Source of the DNA: Balanoglossus misakiensis
Lineage: Eukaryota > Animalia > Hemichordata
Direction of reading: 5' to 3'
DNA: 64,000 nucleotides
Assembly (NCBI GenBank): GCA_040954595.2
Contig: CM082586.2
Location: forward strand, 8,277,337-8,341,336
In this document: positions 40,076 through 54,925 of the stretch, piece by piece
Position numbering within the stretch: position 1 is the stretch's first letter
Layout: each line of letters opens with the position of its first letter
The notes under the pieces: model-generated
Told to the model about the DNA's origin: nothing
Database searches by the model: none
What the model saw: only the letters and a program-made list of their open reading frames with translations
Program-made: the position numbers and the translations under genes

Positions 40076-41746
40076 ACGGCAGAGAAGACAAAGCCGGCCG
40101 CGGCCAGTAAGGCTGCGGTGGCGCCGGGTCCTGTGGCCAGTACATCCTCCAGTTCACCTGTGATAATACGCTCCAAAGCCACCGCTGAACAGATATTGGC
40201 CTACAGTGGATATCGTCTGGGAAGAACGCTGGGCGACGGCGCCTATGCTAAGGTATCTCAATACTTTCATGAATATTAGGCTTTTAGAACTTTTCTTGCC
40301 CGACTTGAAGGAAAAACTGCGAACAGCATTAATTTTTTTTGGTCAAACCACGGGCCCGAGATTGGATTTTTTCACGCATTTGGCATTTCCCAGGTCCCAA
40401 TATTTTTTTCTTTGCAGTAACTCGTCCCGTAAACATAGGTTAAATGTTTTCAGTCTTGACCACCACTTCAAGCTTTGAAAGTACTTATTGACCTTTACTT
40501 AGATACATATTGTACAGCTACAAATTGCAGTTGCTGCGTGATCATCTTTCTTGTGCACATTTCTGTATTTTTATTTATCCCCATTATTGAATTCGTAACT
40601 TTTTCGTTGTGGGCTATAATTAAGTATCTGTCGTGTCTTATTAATATTGAATATGCGAACATTAAATTCATTCGTTGTAGTTCATTTTATGTTTTTGTTA
40701 CTATTATTGTTAATTTGAAGGCATGTTGTCAATGTTACACTTCTTAACGGCGCCTGGGATGGCGCCGTGAATGATGATGATCGTCACTATCGTGGAAGGG
40801 CACCGGAGATAGGCATGATCAGTAAAACAAGCGGTTATTGACAAATTATGAAACTGACAGCGACCAAAAATTAAAGGACGGCCAACTTAGGATATGCTTT
40901 GCCGTTGTTAACGTTCAAGCAACGCTGGTTCTATACTTTCCCTCAATCTTTTAACTTCTCGCTTTTATCATTCAGGTCAAAGAAGCGTGGTCGGCGAAAC
41001 ACAACAAGTACGTGGCCGTCAAGATCGTCACTCGTCGCCTTGCTCCAGAAGATTTCAGAAACAAATTTCTGCCACGAGAGTTAGACATCATTCGTCATAT
41101 ACGCCATCCCAATTTGGTTCGCATCTACGCACTTCTGAACCACGAGGAGAAAGTGTGCATTGTGATGGAGAAGGCGAGTCGCGGTGACTTGCTGGACAAC
41201 ATCAAAAAACGCGGTCATCTCAATGAAAATGCCGGCAGGAATTTGTTTCGCCAGCTCGTTGACGGGGTTATGTATCTGCACGGAAAAAACATCGTTCACC
41301 GTGATCTGAAATGCGAAAACCTCCTTATCTTTGAATCTGCAGTTCTCAAGATTGCCGACTTCGGTTTTGCCCGAACGGTGACGAACGGCACCCTCAGCGA
41401 CACATTCTGTGGATCTGCCGCCTACGCGCCACCAGAAATACTGCAAGGGATTCCGTACCACCCGAAAAGCGCCGAGGCGTGGAGTTTAGGGATCATCCTC
41501 TACATCATGTTAGTTGGCATGATGCCCTATGATGACCACGACGTCAAAGCAATGATCAAAACGCAGCTCAACTGTAAACTCGGCTTCCCCGATAAGAAGA
41601 ATTTGAGCACAGCGGCTAAAAACCTGATCTATTGGATGCTGGACTGCGATCCTGATAAACGCCCCACACCTGAATGCATTCTCGAAACTGATTGGATGGC
41701 CGTAGCAGTCAATGAACCTCAAACCGTGCCACCACGTGCTTCATAA
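40076..41746 (+). CDS. TSSK-like: Testis-specific serine/threonine kinase (TSSK family), 2 exons, start codon unresolved
   Basis: Exon 1 (~40076-40252) encodes ...GYRLGRTLGDGAYAK|gtatct. Exon 2 (40976-41746) encodes VKEAWS..VAVKI..APEDFRNKFLPRELDI (TSSK hallmark), HRDLKCEN, DFG and LSDTFCGSAAYAPPEILQGIPY. About 315 aa if initiated at ACG 40076. Confidence 0.88.
40976..41746 (+). CDS. TSSK-like: TSSK-like kinase exon 2 (main catalytic domain)
   Basis: Acceptor ttttatcattcag; open frame to TAA at 41746; kinase subdomains II-XI. Confidence 0.93.
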   Translation, partial: VKEAWSAKHNKYVAVKIVTRRLAPEDFRNKFLPRELDIIRHIRHPNLVRIYALLNHEEKVCIVMEKASRGDLLDNIKKRGHLNENAGRNLFRQLVDGVMYLHGKNIVHRDLKCENLLIFESAVLKIADFGFARTVTNGTLSDTFCGSAAYAPPEILQGIPYHPKSAEAWSLGIILYIMLVGMMPYDDHDVKAMIKTQLNCKLGFPDKKNLSTAAKNLIYWMLDCDPDKRPTPECILETDWMAVAVNEPQTVPPRAS

Positions 41747-42405
41747 TTCTCCATGCTATAGGCGGGCAACGCGTAATAAGTTGAACTGATGAAACCAGCA
41801 AACGCGTTATTAACTGTAAGATCCCGTAATTGCGAAGTTCATCACAACCAACAATGTCATGAAACATCAACAAAATAAAATCTAAAAATTGAAAAAAAAT
41901 TGACGTTGTCTTCATCATTCCCCCTTGTGCCATTTCAAGATGTTTTGCAAATCCAGCTATTTTTTTTTCTAACACTGCAGTCGCTTGACGCATCATATGT
42001 ACACGGGACAGGATATCTCTCACCATTATGATATCGCTTGTCCACTTGGTCATTGTGTAAACCCGTAGTGAAAGTTTATATACCTGGCCACTTTCTCTTG
42101 TTGTGGAAGAAAACCCTGTTATAAGATATGTAGATAACGCCTACTCTTGTTCGAATTCACAGTACACATGGCTCATAAATTTTACCTTAGACTAACATCA
42201 TCCTGAAAAGGAAACACTTTTCGGTGAAAAAAGTGACCAACCATTTCGTTGACATGGTCATGTGAGAGAAGCAATATCTGTTTTCGTTCTCCGTAAAGAG
42301 ATTGTAGCGCGTGGATAATTCTAAGCTAGCTAGGGAGTCTGACTGGCTGCCAGTCCCCCTAGCTAGGTTAACTACAATCTCTGTACGGAGAATACTAGAC
42401 TCTAA

Positions 42406-44021
42406 AGGCCGAGTTACACGAGGCAACTCGGTAGGCAACTCGGTGGGCAACTCGACGCGCAACGCCAGTCGCGACGCTACATCGAACAGTTACACGGGGC
42501 GACTCGACTGGCAACTAGCTGCGCGTAAACAGTGGCTGCGCATGTGCAGTCGCCTCAGTAGCCGATCGACAATTCAATCTTTATTCGATATTATGCATAA
42601 ATATTTGGTGGTTATTCTGGCAACAGCATGCATATATTATTCTTGTCATTTAGCTGATCAACCTGGTCATCTGACCGAGTATTTTTTCTTGAAAAAAAAA
42701 AAAAGTTTGCGAATTTCAACTGCATACAATACGTATACTTTCTCCACCATGTATTACTATTGACATAATAAACTAACTAGTATCGCACTTCAACAGTATC
42801 CTCATCAATAAAAACATTTTTTGTTCTCAGTTAGCAGGTAATATGCAAGTCTATATCAGTATTAAAAGAAAAAAAACTAGCTTGGGCGCTTAATTTAATT
42901 GATGAATACGGATTTTTTAATCGTGATACCACATTAGGCAAAATTTAAACGTTACTTAATATTTTTTAATAGAACAGGAGTAACTTAAGTTTAATTTAAT
43001 TTTATATAAAATGTACTTGAAACCAGGTATTATTTTATAAAAGATCAACCGGCGAGTTTAAATCCTTTTAAGACAGGGGAGTAGATTATGGGGAAATTGA
43101 AGAAAGTTGCGCAATTTAACATTATGATTACTGAATTATCAAACTGCACATCATATAAATGTGTGAAAAATGCGGAGCCAAAAGTCGTGCCAATCTGTAA
43201 AAACGTTATAGATAATATACAAAATTCGTGTTTCGAAATACAGTGAAAGTAATAACAAAGCAAGTGAGACTTTTCATTGTAGAATAACGAAGTATATTTT
43301 TAAGAAGAAATGTATTGATTGAAAGATTTGTTTGTATGTAAAATTATACAAATATAACTAAATTTGTATTTATAAGTTGACATGACCGGGCGAAATAGAC
43401 ACGTGTTTTGCCCAAAAAGATATATGATGTACACTGGCTGTGTAAGAACTCTTGAACTGTGGGCGATAATCATAAGCTGGCGTTTTATTATTCTGAAATT
43501 CGGTTACGTTATTTGGTTGCGGTACCCCAAAAATCGGAAATGCAATCAATGTCGAGTCAATCATCATAACCATTTTCGCGGAACTGAATAGTAGTTTATT
43601 TTTTATACCATCACTGGCAAGATAATTAGTTAAAAGTTTCTTTAACAAAACTTGAGTTTAAATTGAAATATTAAACTATAAATACATACAAATATCCGAT
43701 TTCATAGCAAATACTTATTCCCCAATATTTTCGGAAGTCTACAGGTCTACAGTCTGTAGTTCCTGGTTCGGAAAATAACAAATAAACACCATTTTTGCAT
43801 GTGCAGATGTCAAAATTTATGTGGTAACGCGGGGCAACCGATTGCGCGTCAGGCAACTCGTCGCCCGAAAATCCGACATGACGGATTTCGAGGCGACGTC
43901 GCCAGACGCGTTCCATTGAGGCGACTTCATCATACACACGAGGCAACTCACCGAGCAACTCGGGTTGCGCGTCGAGTTGCCTACCGAGTTGCCTGCCGAG
44001 TTGCCTCGTGTAACTCGGCCT
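42406..44021. mobile_element. Non-autonomous Harbinger-like element (~1.6 kb)
   Basis: ~58-bp TIRs AGGCCGAGTTACACGAGGCAACTCGGTAGGCAACTCGG.. with 12-bp subrepeats; flanks TAA/TTA; very AT-rich interior with no transposase ORF. Confidence 0.8.
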
Positions 44022-44651
44022 TTAGCAGTCGATGTGCCTATGGAACTTTCGGAACTGCGTCAGCGTACGTGGACGCGCCGCCAGGCATAGCGACTGTACG
44101 TTTCTGCACACATATATTTGATATGAATATTCATGAGCGGCATTAATTTGCATGTAGAACATCTAGAAGCGCACAAAAATCGCGATAACGCCCAAAAATG
44201 CGTATTCTGTACGTGGTATGTGCGCGTATAGAACTCATGTTGACGCGACGCTAATTTGATTGACAGACATCTGAGGTTCGAATGTTCTCCGCTACTTACC
44301 AAAATCTTGAGGGCGTTTACAGAATCGGCAAGACTGTGTGATTAGCGTCGCGTCATGTTCTATACGCAACGCGGACGCGCATTTCTTTTTCAGTATCACA
44401 CAGTCTTGGAGCAAGACTAGGAGAATACCAGTATGCCTTGTTAGTTGGGTTTCTCATGGTGACAAACGCAAACGCGTTTATTTCTTTTTAGTCAATATGC
44501 ACAGCCCAAGTTGTAGTATTGTTGGGATAGTAAATTCGTATTAAATTTATGTGGATTGTATTTATGACCAAATGTCATTTTTATTTCAATTTCATATGCA
44601 GGTTACTGATTGATCGTTGCCGTTTAAAATCTTGAAATTATTAACCAGTTG

Positions 44652-46604
44652 TCATCTGGTTCCTAGACTGACAGTTCGATTGGTTTTGGAGTCACTTGAT
44701 TTCTTTGCTATGGTCCTCTGTGGTTCAAATGTCATCAACAACGGAACATGAATTTTATATCCACATGTCATCAGGACCAATAATGTTAATAGGATGAGAG
44801 TTGAGATAAAAGTGAGTGGCTGCCATAGTAACGGAATCTCTATCAGGAATCTCTGAAGACTCTGACCAACGCTACTGGCCATTATTTCCAGAGGGGTTGT
44901 CACAAATCTCGTAAAAGCTGCAGATAAGGCCTGTCAAAGAAAGGAAAATAACTGTCATTTTTGTAATCAAATGTCAAATTGTCAACTGCGGGTCTCTTAA
45001 TACAATCTAATCTTGTAGGTAATTTAACCATTTCACCACCATGGTTCAGTCCAAACCCATTGTTTTCTATGGCAATGTTGGACCTCTTAAGAGGGAACTG
45101 GGGATGAAAGGGTTAATATGATGCTGACTTACCATTAGAGGTGTAACTTCCCACACTGGGTTCACCAGCAAAGCATGATGGTACTGATAGCAGGGGTCAT
45201 GACCCCACACAAAACTCAGTGCCAACCAAGCTTTAATGGACTGCATCCAACTCATATGTTGTGGTGTGCATTCCACTGGAACATCCTGCAAGGAAGAAGT
45301 ACATCAGCTGTGATGTGAATGCAAGGACAATCAGATATTTAATAGGGATGGTCTCAAATGGTCACTCAAGTTCAACAAACAATATTCTTTCATTTAGGGG
45401 TGAGAGTAGTCTAGTACCTGCATGTAGCCATATTTTGTCCGCTTTGCTTCCAAAACTAACGTCTAGCCTCACTCATGATGTAACTAGTGTCCCTCTGAAG
45501 TCAATCAGAGTCTTTGTTTTTCCAATGATTGGACAAAGGATGGGTAACAATTTTAATTCAAATTGGCCCTACCTTCTCAATTAAACCTAGACGCTAGTTT
45601 TGGAAGCAAAGCGGACAAAATACGGTTAGGTACTGACTAGGGTGGGAGAGGATGTGAAGTCAACCACAAACTGTAGATTTACCTGATACAGAGTTGCTGC
45701 TCTCTGCGCAACCTCTGCTTGATACATTCTGATCCATTCCCACGGAACACTAGCAGCAGCTGCTACCATGACAACAAAGACACAAAACTTGACACATCCA
45801 TACACAAATGTGACTTCCCTGGCAGTTCTCTTCTTGTTTTTAATTTTATTGACATTGTTTTGACAAATGCACTGCCTCCTCCTCCTAAGCCATGCAGTCA
45901 TCAAAATCAGTAGTACTAATCCAATGGCCGCATGTGCTGAATAATACAACTTCATTGAATCTGTATTTTTTAATGCCTGCCAAGTACAGTCTATGTATTC
46001 ACGCAAACGTTTTATCAGTAGCATGCTGTATATCTTGATGGCATCAATGTCCATGGTATGGTACAGTACATATATACCTGGAAAAACAATAACAATTTTG
46101 GAAGTTATAATAGTGGAGTACATAAGTGTAATAAATCAATATTCATGCAGTGCAACAAATACTGGTTTGAACCATACATGTACATGTATGTCTCTTTGGC
46201 TGGAGACATGCAGACAAAAATACCGTACATGTACAATGTACGTGTGACAATGGTAGCAGTCACCCACAGAATACTGATCCCCTATTAAAGCAGTGCCTTT
46301 TACAAAACACATATCTAAACTAGTCAGAACATGGAGGTACTGAGAGACCTTAGTACCTCTTAGTACCTTCATGGCCAGAATAAGTTCACAATGTACACAG
46401 GGCATGGTCACTGTGGAGCGACCGTGCACAGGGCTACAATCATTGTAGGGTGTGCAAACGACAGTTGGGCTTATATCTATGTGGACGATGTCAGTTACCT
46501 AGTGAAAGACAAATAATTCCGCACAAGTTCAGTATAGAACCACATGCGTAAATTGTCCTGGATCTTGTCTGCTCCTTGGTTTTCTGTTTACGTCCCGCTG
46601 CCAT
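44652..46604 (-). CDS. CLCC1: CLCC1/MCLC-like ER membrane protein, 4 exons, 310 aa
   Basis: Exons 46604-46499, 46077-45683, 45285-45133, 44930-44652 (GT-AG, 933 nt). Motifs SVPWEWIRMYQ..VEC..MSW..HDPCYQYHHALLVNPVWEVTPLMALSAAFTRFVTTPLE match the CLCC1 core (human [31 protein letters not shown]). AATAAA on the minus strand at ~44579-44584. Confidence 0.85.
45024..45116. mobile_element. Tiny piggyBac-like MITE in CLCC1-like intron 3
   Basis: TTAA|CCATTTCACCACC ... GGGGATGAAAGGG|TTAA. Confidence 0.55.
45407..45639. mobile_element. MITE in CLCC1-like intron 2
   Basis: Inverted arms tattttgtccgctttgcttccaaaactaacgtctag / ctagacgctagttttggaagcaaagcggacaaaata; flanks gggtgagag / gggtgggag (9-bp near-direct repeat). 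Confidence 0.7.
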
Positions 46605-47034
46605 TTCAAACTCCTGGTCATGACTGACGCCCTCATGAAAACAAACCTCGTTCTACAAATGTTTCAAGCATCACGAATTAGTTGAAAAACGTTTGTATCT
46701 TTCATAGGATAAAAAATCATCACATACTTTATATATAATGTAATTATATTACAGTTTATTGCAGTATAATCGTATGCGTCCCTGGCTTTATAATACGTCA
46801 TTGGTTTGAGGAATGGGTTCGAGGTTAGGTGTCAGAAAACAGGAAATGAGAAACTCCCTCCCATAGTGCATTTCTCAGTCGCCATTTTGAGAGAAGTTGT
46901 TCGGTCGTAAACCTGTGCCAGCCATTCAAACAAGAAGTTGACATATCGTGTACTTTAGCAATAACTCGGTGGGTGTGGACATAGTACGAATAGACTTTTG
47001 GATTTGTCATCAGTCTCTTACGATATTCTCTCAG
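46605..47034. promoter_or_regulatory. Putative bidirectional promoter of CLCC1-like (-) and Ral (+), including the non-coding first Ral exon ending at 47034
   Basis: CLCC1-like ATG at 46604 faces away from a strong donor cag|gtaagt at 47034/47035. YY1-like GCCATTTT (~46881), ETS-like CAGGAAAT (~46840), CRE half-site ACGTCA (~46795). Confidence 0.6.
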
Positions 47035-50000
47035 GTAAGTTTTACGCCCAAACTCCCCGTTACATCTTACCTAGTGATCGGTTGGTCACTTGGTGATGTT
47101 CCGAACGTGAAAACATGGGCGGGGACGATTTTCTAACATGTGTACTGTAATCTGTTGGTTAGGTCAAGTTACGTTGGGAAACTACTGCTTATAAGTTACT
47201 TTACCTCGCGTAAATTATTTAAGGAAAGCGATGATACCATACTAAGGATATTCCTTACGTTGGCTCATCAGCAATGTACTGGAGTGGAGGTGATTTAAAA
47301 TATTTGGAATATTTTTATTTTCAGTCCTGTGTAGGCTAAGAATATTGTCATAATGTACGAGTATTTTAAGGCTTCACGAAATACTCTGAACTTCTGAAGT
47401 TAAGGTTTAATGCTACGGAGGGTGGAAAAACGCTTGTCCTAATTGTATATCCACTTTTTAAAATGGCCAGGTCAGGTCATCTCTACATTATTCAGGTACA
47501 TGTAGAAGTACCGCACCTTTGCATGATACAGTGTGAGAACTTCTAATTCTGTGATGCAAGAAGTCATCGACAAACAGACAGATGGCTTCCTGTGTAAACT
47601 TACCAGTATTTACCAATGTTTAAGCAAATAATCTCTCATAAATAGTAAAGAAAGAATAGCTGATCTGCAAAGTACTCATGGGATCATAGCAACAGAAGAA
47701 ATCTTGTCAGAGTAAAAATTTTGTAGAACGAATCATATGCAGCAAGCAACTAGTACTACATTTCACATTTTGCTGAATGATCACAAGGAACCAAACTCCA
47801 GAGTTTAGAAATTGTAGTATCTTGTTTACTCATCACATCAGCTTTTGGGAAGATTTATGAGCCCATTCTTTCACCCAGTCATCCAGGGTAAAATGTTTTA
47901 TTTATAACATCATCATTATCATAGCAGAGACTTTGAGATGACCAAACATAACAATTTCTGCCTCAGCCTTTGAATTTAAGCGTGTGTGACATTATCAGAG
48001 TATTTGGAAAGACCATGTGCATGCTAACTGAGCTAAGTCTAGGATTTTTGTATAACTACATTACGAGTAAATTGAACCTGAAGAAGAACCAATATGGTAT
48101 GGCCCAGCATCTAAAAAACGAAAAATATTGAAAGTAACCTGTACACATAATGTTAGAATCAAGCTGGAATACAAAACTAGTTTGGATCTTTTATTTTACC
48201 GGTAAAAATGGTGCACATAAATGAGTAACATTGGTGAATGATTCAACAACTGTACTTAATAACATTACCCTATGAAGCCTTTCTTATCAGAACCATGATA
48301 CTGTCCAGGAAGTAACCTCCTTTCTGGAAAAATGAATCTGAGTTAGGGATGTGACGTAAAACACAGGCAGTGAGTTTCAAGAATTGCAGTTTGCAGGCAA
48401 TTATCAAAATCCTTGAATTAATGGTAAAATGACATATTTTCTGGAAATCTTGAGGTAGAGAAATTGTTCCTTTAAATAAATTAAGTGTGTTATCATTTTA
48501 ATAAAATACCAGACTTTGACATAGAATTGCATTGTAACTTGTAAGTACTAGACATGACAAAAAAGCAACCACACTAACTGGTATGTATAACTATAAGACA
48601 CAACATACACTGTCACAGTTCAATGAAGGAAATTTTAAGCTTAAAGTTTACAGTTAATATAATGACCTTTTGTTATGTAAATATGGAAGAAGAAATTGAT
48701 TTCTTGATGTACAGTACATGTACTGAGACACGAATGAGCTGAACACAAATGTTGGTCTAAAAGTGACCAAACTATTAGTATTTAAATTTAAAATAGTCAC
48801 ATGCTATATGAACTTGTCATCCTTTATCAATTCCCATTGTGTGACACTCAAAACAAACGTCTAATAAGTAAATTTATATGTGTGCATGGCTTGTTCAAAT
48901 GACATACCTGTGTGTGTTGAGGTCAAAGGTCACTATGTGAGTCATGACACTCGCACCATGCTTAAAAATGCTGTGATGTTAAAAATAGCGCTAATTCACA
49001 AGGTATGACATCATACAGGGATACACCCATTCGAATGATGCACCCATTCGAATACCTGTGTAGACTTTAGTGAAGCAACACCTTTGAAGCTCCACTCTTC
49101 TATTTTGTGTGGCTGGCTCTGATACTGATAGAATGGGAAGAAGGCACACCCGTATGTTACTTCTTTTTTTTTAATTTAGATTTTTCTTAGCATTCGAGCC
49201 ATTTTGAGATATTTTTTGCGTTTTGAAGTTGTGTGTTCCTGTTGGCCTCATTTACATGCACATGTACATGTACAGTACTGTAACATGTACATGTTGTTTT
49301 GAATGTATGATATTGCTAGTTTATTTACAAGAGAGGTAATCTGACAGGAGCTGTGCTGAAAGCATCATACGTGTAGTTACAGGTCAAGAACAAGGAAATG
49401 ATTCTTGTCAAACAGGAAGGATATTTCACGTTTGGTGAAAATATTTCAGGAACTAACAACTCACACCTGTTTACATGTGCCTTCACTATTCATTCTAATC
49501 TTCTTCACTTCATGTGCAATCTCTTTATTTCATTGTGTATTCTGTAACCATAGGATATACAGTGTCCAGTAAGTAACTGGTTCTCTTCTTCTTTTTACTT
49601 GCCTATCACTGTATGTTTGAGGTAGCATGAAATGTTGGTGGTCTGTGCTGTACATTGTATATATCTCAATGGAAAGCTTTCTATGAATTAGATTTCTGTA
49701 TCATCACAATTATTATTGCCAGTACTAGAAATGTGTGGGGTCTAAAAAGAATGAAATTTACTTTATAAAAGAAGCCTAACACTGTGACTTTGGATTATCT
49801 ATGTTAGAGTTATACATCATACGTGTATGATTATATTTTGGAAGTCTGAAGAGAAGCATGTCAAAATGGCACACTTCAAAATGCTTTAAAACTGCCACAC
49901 CCACTGTGTACATTTGTTAAAGCTATCATGTGGTGTTTGGTGGTTGTTATTATCCCTATCAAATTATGTGTGAAGCTTGTAAAATTGGCAAAAAACAGAT

Positions 50001-51740
50001 ATCTGTCCAGGCAAAACAACCCATCACTGTTGTATTTGCTTGGAGAGAGTTAGACTCTTTCACAGCCCCTCTAGCCATCCATGCAGGCTGATGGACTGAT
50101 TGCATGTGTCCCCGGCGAGAGGTTCGCTACACAACACCATATGGGGCTTCTCCTTTGCTATACGTTTGAGGGCGTGTCAGTGAAGAGAAGAGCCTTGTAG
50201 TGAACCATGATTGTCATATACATGTATATGCCCTGGATATACTAAATGACACACACTTACATGTAGCAGGTTAATGGATCTTGGTACTGAACATTTAGGC
50301 AACCTGTAAGCCAATGCAGTTGGCTTGGAGAAGGATATATCAAGATTGTGTTTGCGACAACACATCTGATAACTAGATTAGGTTTGTGTCAGTGATCCCA
50401 GGTTTACATGTTGTAATTAAACAATATAAACAGCAAGATGTCTACTATTGAAGTGAAACTGATATCTGTCGCCCAGAAATGAACATAGCCAGGATCATTT
50501 TCTAATTATCTAATTAATAATTAATTATTTGCTTTATAGGTATCTTGCTGCTGGTAAACACCACATTGACTGTTTCAGGTGTTTTTGTGTTTTAGTGTTT
50601 AACCAACTTACTAAGATGCTGCCTGTACATCAGTGTTTACAACAAGCTATGATCTAGAAATAAATAACAAACTTAATGTAGTAACTTATCAATATACATC
50701 TCATTGTCTAATCTATTTTCATTAAATCAGTAATTAACCAAAATTCCAGCCTTGGCATGCACAGAATGTTTGGTTTCTGTGACACAAGGGTTTTACATGT
50801 AATCCAATTTCCATGTAAACACCAAACATTGAATAATAGTACTAAATAGACGTCTTGGTTAACCTCAGAAAAGAATAAGAGTTCTTCAGGTTAAGTGAGA
50901 TGTCTCACCTGTAAAATATTGTTACACTATACATAATTGATGTTTTCATTTACTAAAAAAGCTGTATGCATTAATTATGTTCAGTGGTGTGGCCTTTTTC
51001 TTTCTTTATGTTGGAATTTTATGCTGCTAGTATAAAGGACTGTTTTCTCTGTTGTCTCATGTCAGTGCATATTATTTGTAATTACTGTACCAGTGATGTA
51101 GAAAATGAACCAAGTGCAAAAGTTCAAACAGAAATCCAACCCATGTTTACTATTTGTAAAGCTTGACATTGTAAACGATAAGTACATTTTCAGAAAAACA
51201 TGACTGTCCGAACTTTTTGATTGTTATCCAAAATTTCAAGGAAGAATAATACATGTACTTGTATATTGTTACCTTGTTTGTTTTTAAACTTTCTTTGTAG
51301 GGAATACCAACAGATATTACTGATACATATCTAAACATTAATTTCCAACAACATTGGAAAAAGTTGCATGTGCTAGAATGTATGTTTTGAATTAAATAGA
51401 ATTCATATTTCAACTTTGATAGCATTTTCTGCATCTCTGTTTGTTGCAGGTTTTTCAAGAAAAAGTAGCTGCATATTTTTAGGGCAATTCTATACATATG
51501 TTGTACAAAAGCAGTAAAGCATGCTGCTTCAATTGACTTTGTTTTTAAATTTATGCAAACAGTGTAAATATTGATTTATTTTTATTTTGTACCTTTTTCA
51601 TTTTTGGTGATGTGTAAAGCGCATTGAGATTTAAAAAAAAAAAGTAATGCGCTCTATAAGAAATAAATATTATTATTTTATTATTATTATTATTGAAATT
51701 CCTTCAGCCCATGTATTGAACTGAAATGGCTTCATTTTGT

Positions 51741-51930
51741 TTAAAGGTATACGGTCACCAGTGTAAATGTATCTACAGTTACCATGGCAAATTGAGATCT
51801 AGCCAATCACTAATTTTCAGTGGGTGGCACACGCGAATAAAAGGGTGCCACCATATGTTCTTTAGAACACTCAAAGACGCCATTTCAGCCATATATGGGC
51901 ACTATGTAACTTGGAGGTGACCGTATACCT
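51741..51930. mobile_element. Kolobok/T2-type MITE family A, copy 3
   Basis: TTAA|AGGTATACGGTCACC ... GGTGACCGTATACCT; same interior as copy 2. Confidence 0.82.
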
Positions 51931-52120
51931 AAAAGTAAAAGTAGAGATTGACCAGTAAATGTATTGTACAGTGAAAAAAAATTGTGAGCAGCATGTGAAA
52001 ATTTAATGACTTTCTTTTTGGTGTGACCAGCGCTTTTTTCTAATGCGACTTGCAACACAGCTTTTAACCCATGTTACTGCTTAGTGAAGCTCCATGTGAA
52101 CATTGTATATAACCGGTATA

Positions 52121-52330
52121 CTGTAAAACACTTTATTTTCGCGAGTTAAAATTTTCGCGGTATATCGAGAGAGGCCAGTGTTTCGCTAGTATTAATTTTC
52201 GCATTCTCTAATTTCTTTCACTGCATTGTTATCTTCAAAAATAATTTACGTGACTTTTTATTTTCACGCTATTTTGGGTCTCACGTATTTCGCGAAAATT
52301 TATTGCTCGCGAAAATAAAGTGTTTTACAG
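52121..52330. mobile_element. Tc1/mariner-type MITE (210 bp)
   Basis: TA|CTGTAAAACACTTTATTTTCGCGAG ... CTCGCGAAAATAAAGTGTTTTACAG|TA; perfect 25-bp TIR. Confidence 0.85.
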
Positions 52331-52445
52331 TATATCTGTCGTATCAAACTGTTGTATCATTCTGATAGTGATATTATTTTTGTCTTTTTATTTGCCAGTG
52401 TCTGGCTGCTTACCCTGGTTCCGTGGTAGTTCGAACACAAACACC

Positions 52446-54925
<2,480 letters not shown>

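Noticed and set aside
41081-41722. Minus-strand ORFs over the kinase
   Set aside because: Antisense shadows of GC-rich coding sequence.
42187-42763. ORFs with ELPT/VGNS repeats
   Set aside because: Translations of the 12-bp TIR subrepeats, not a transposase.
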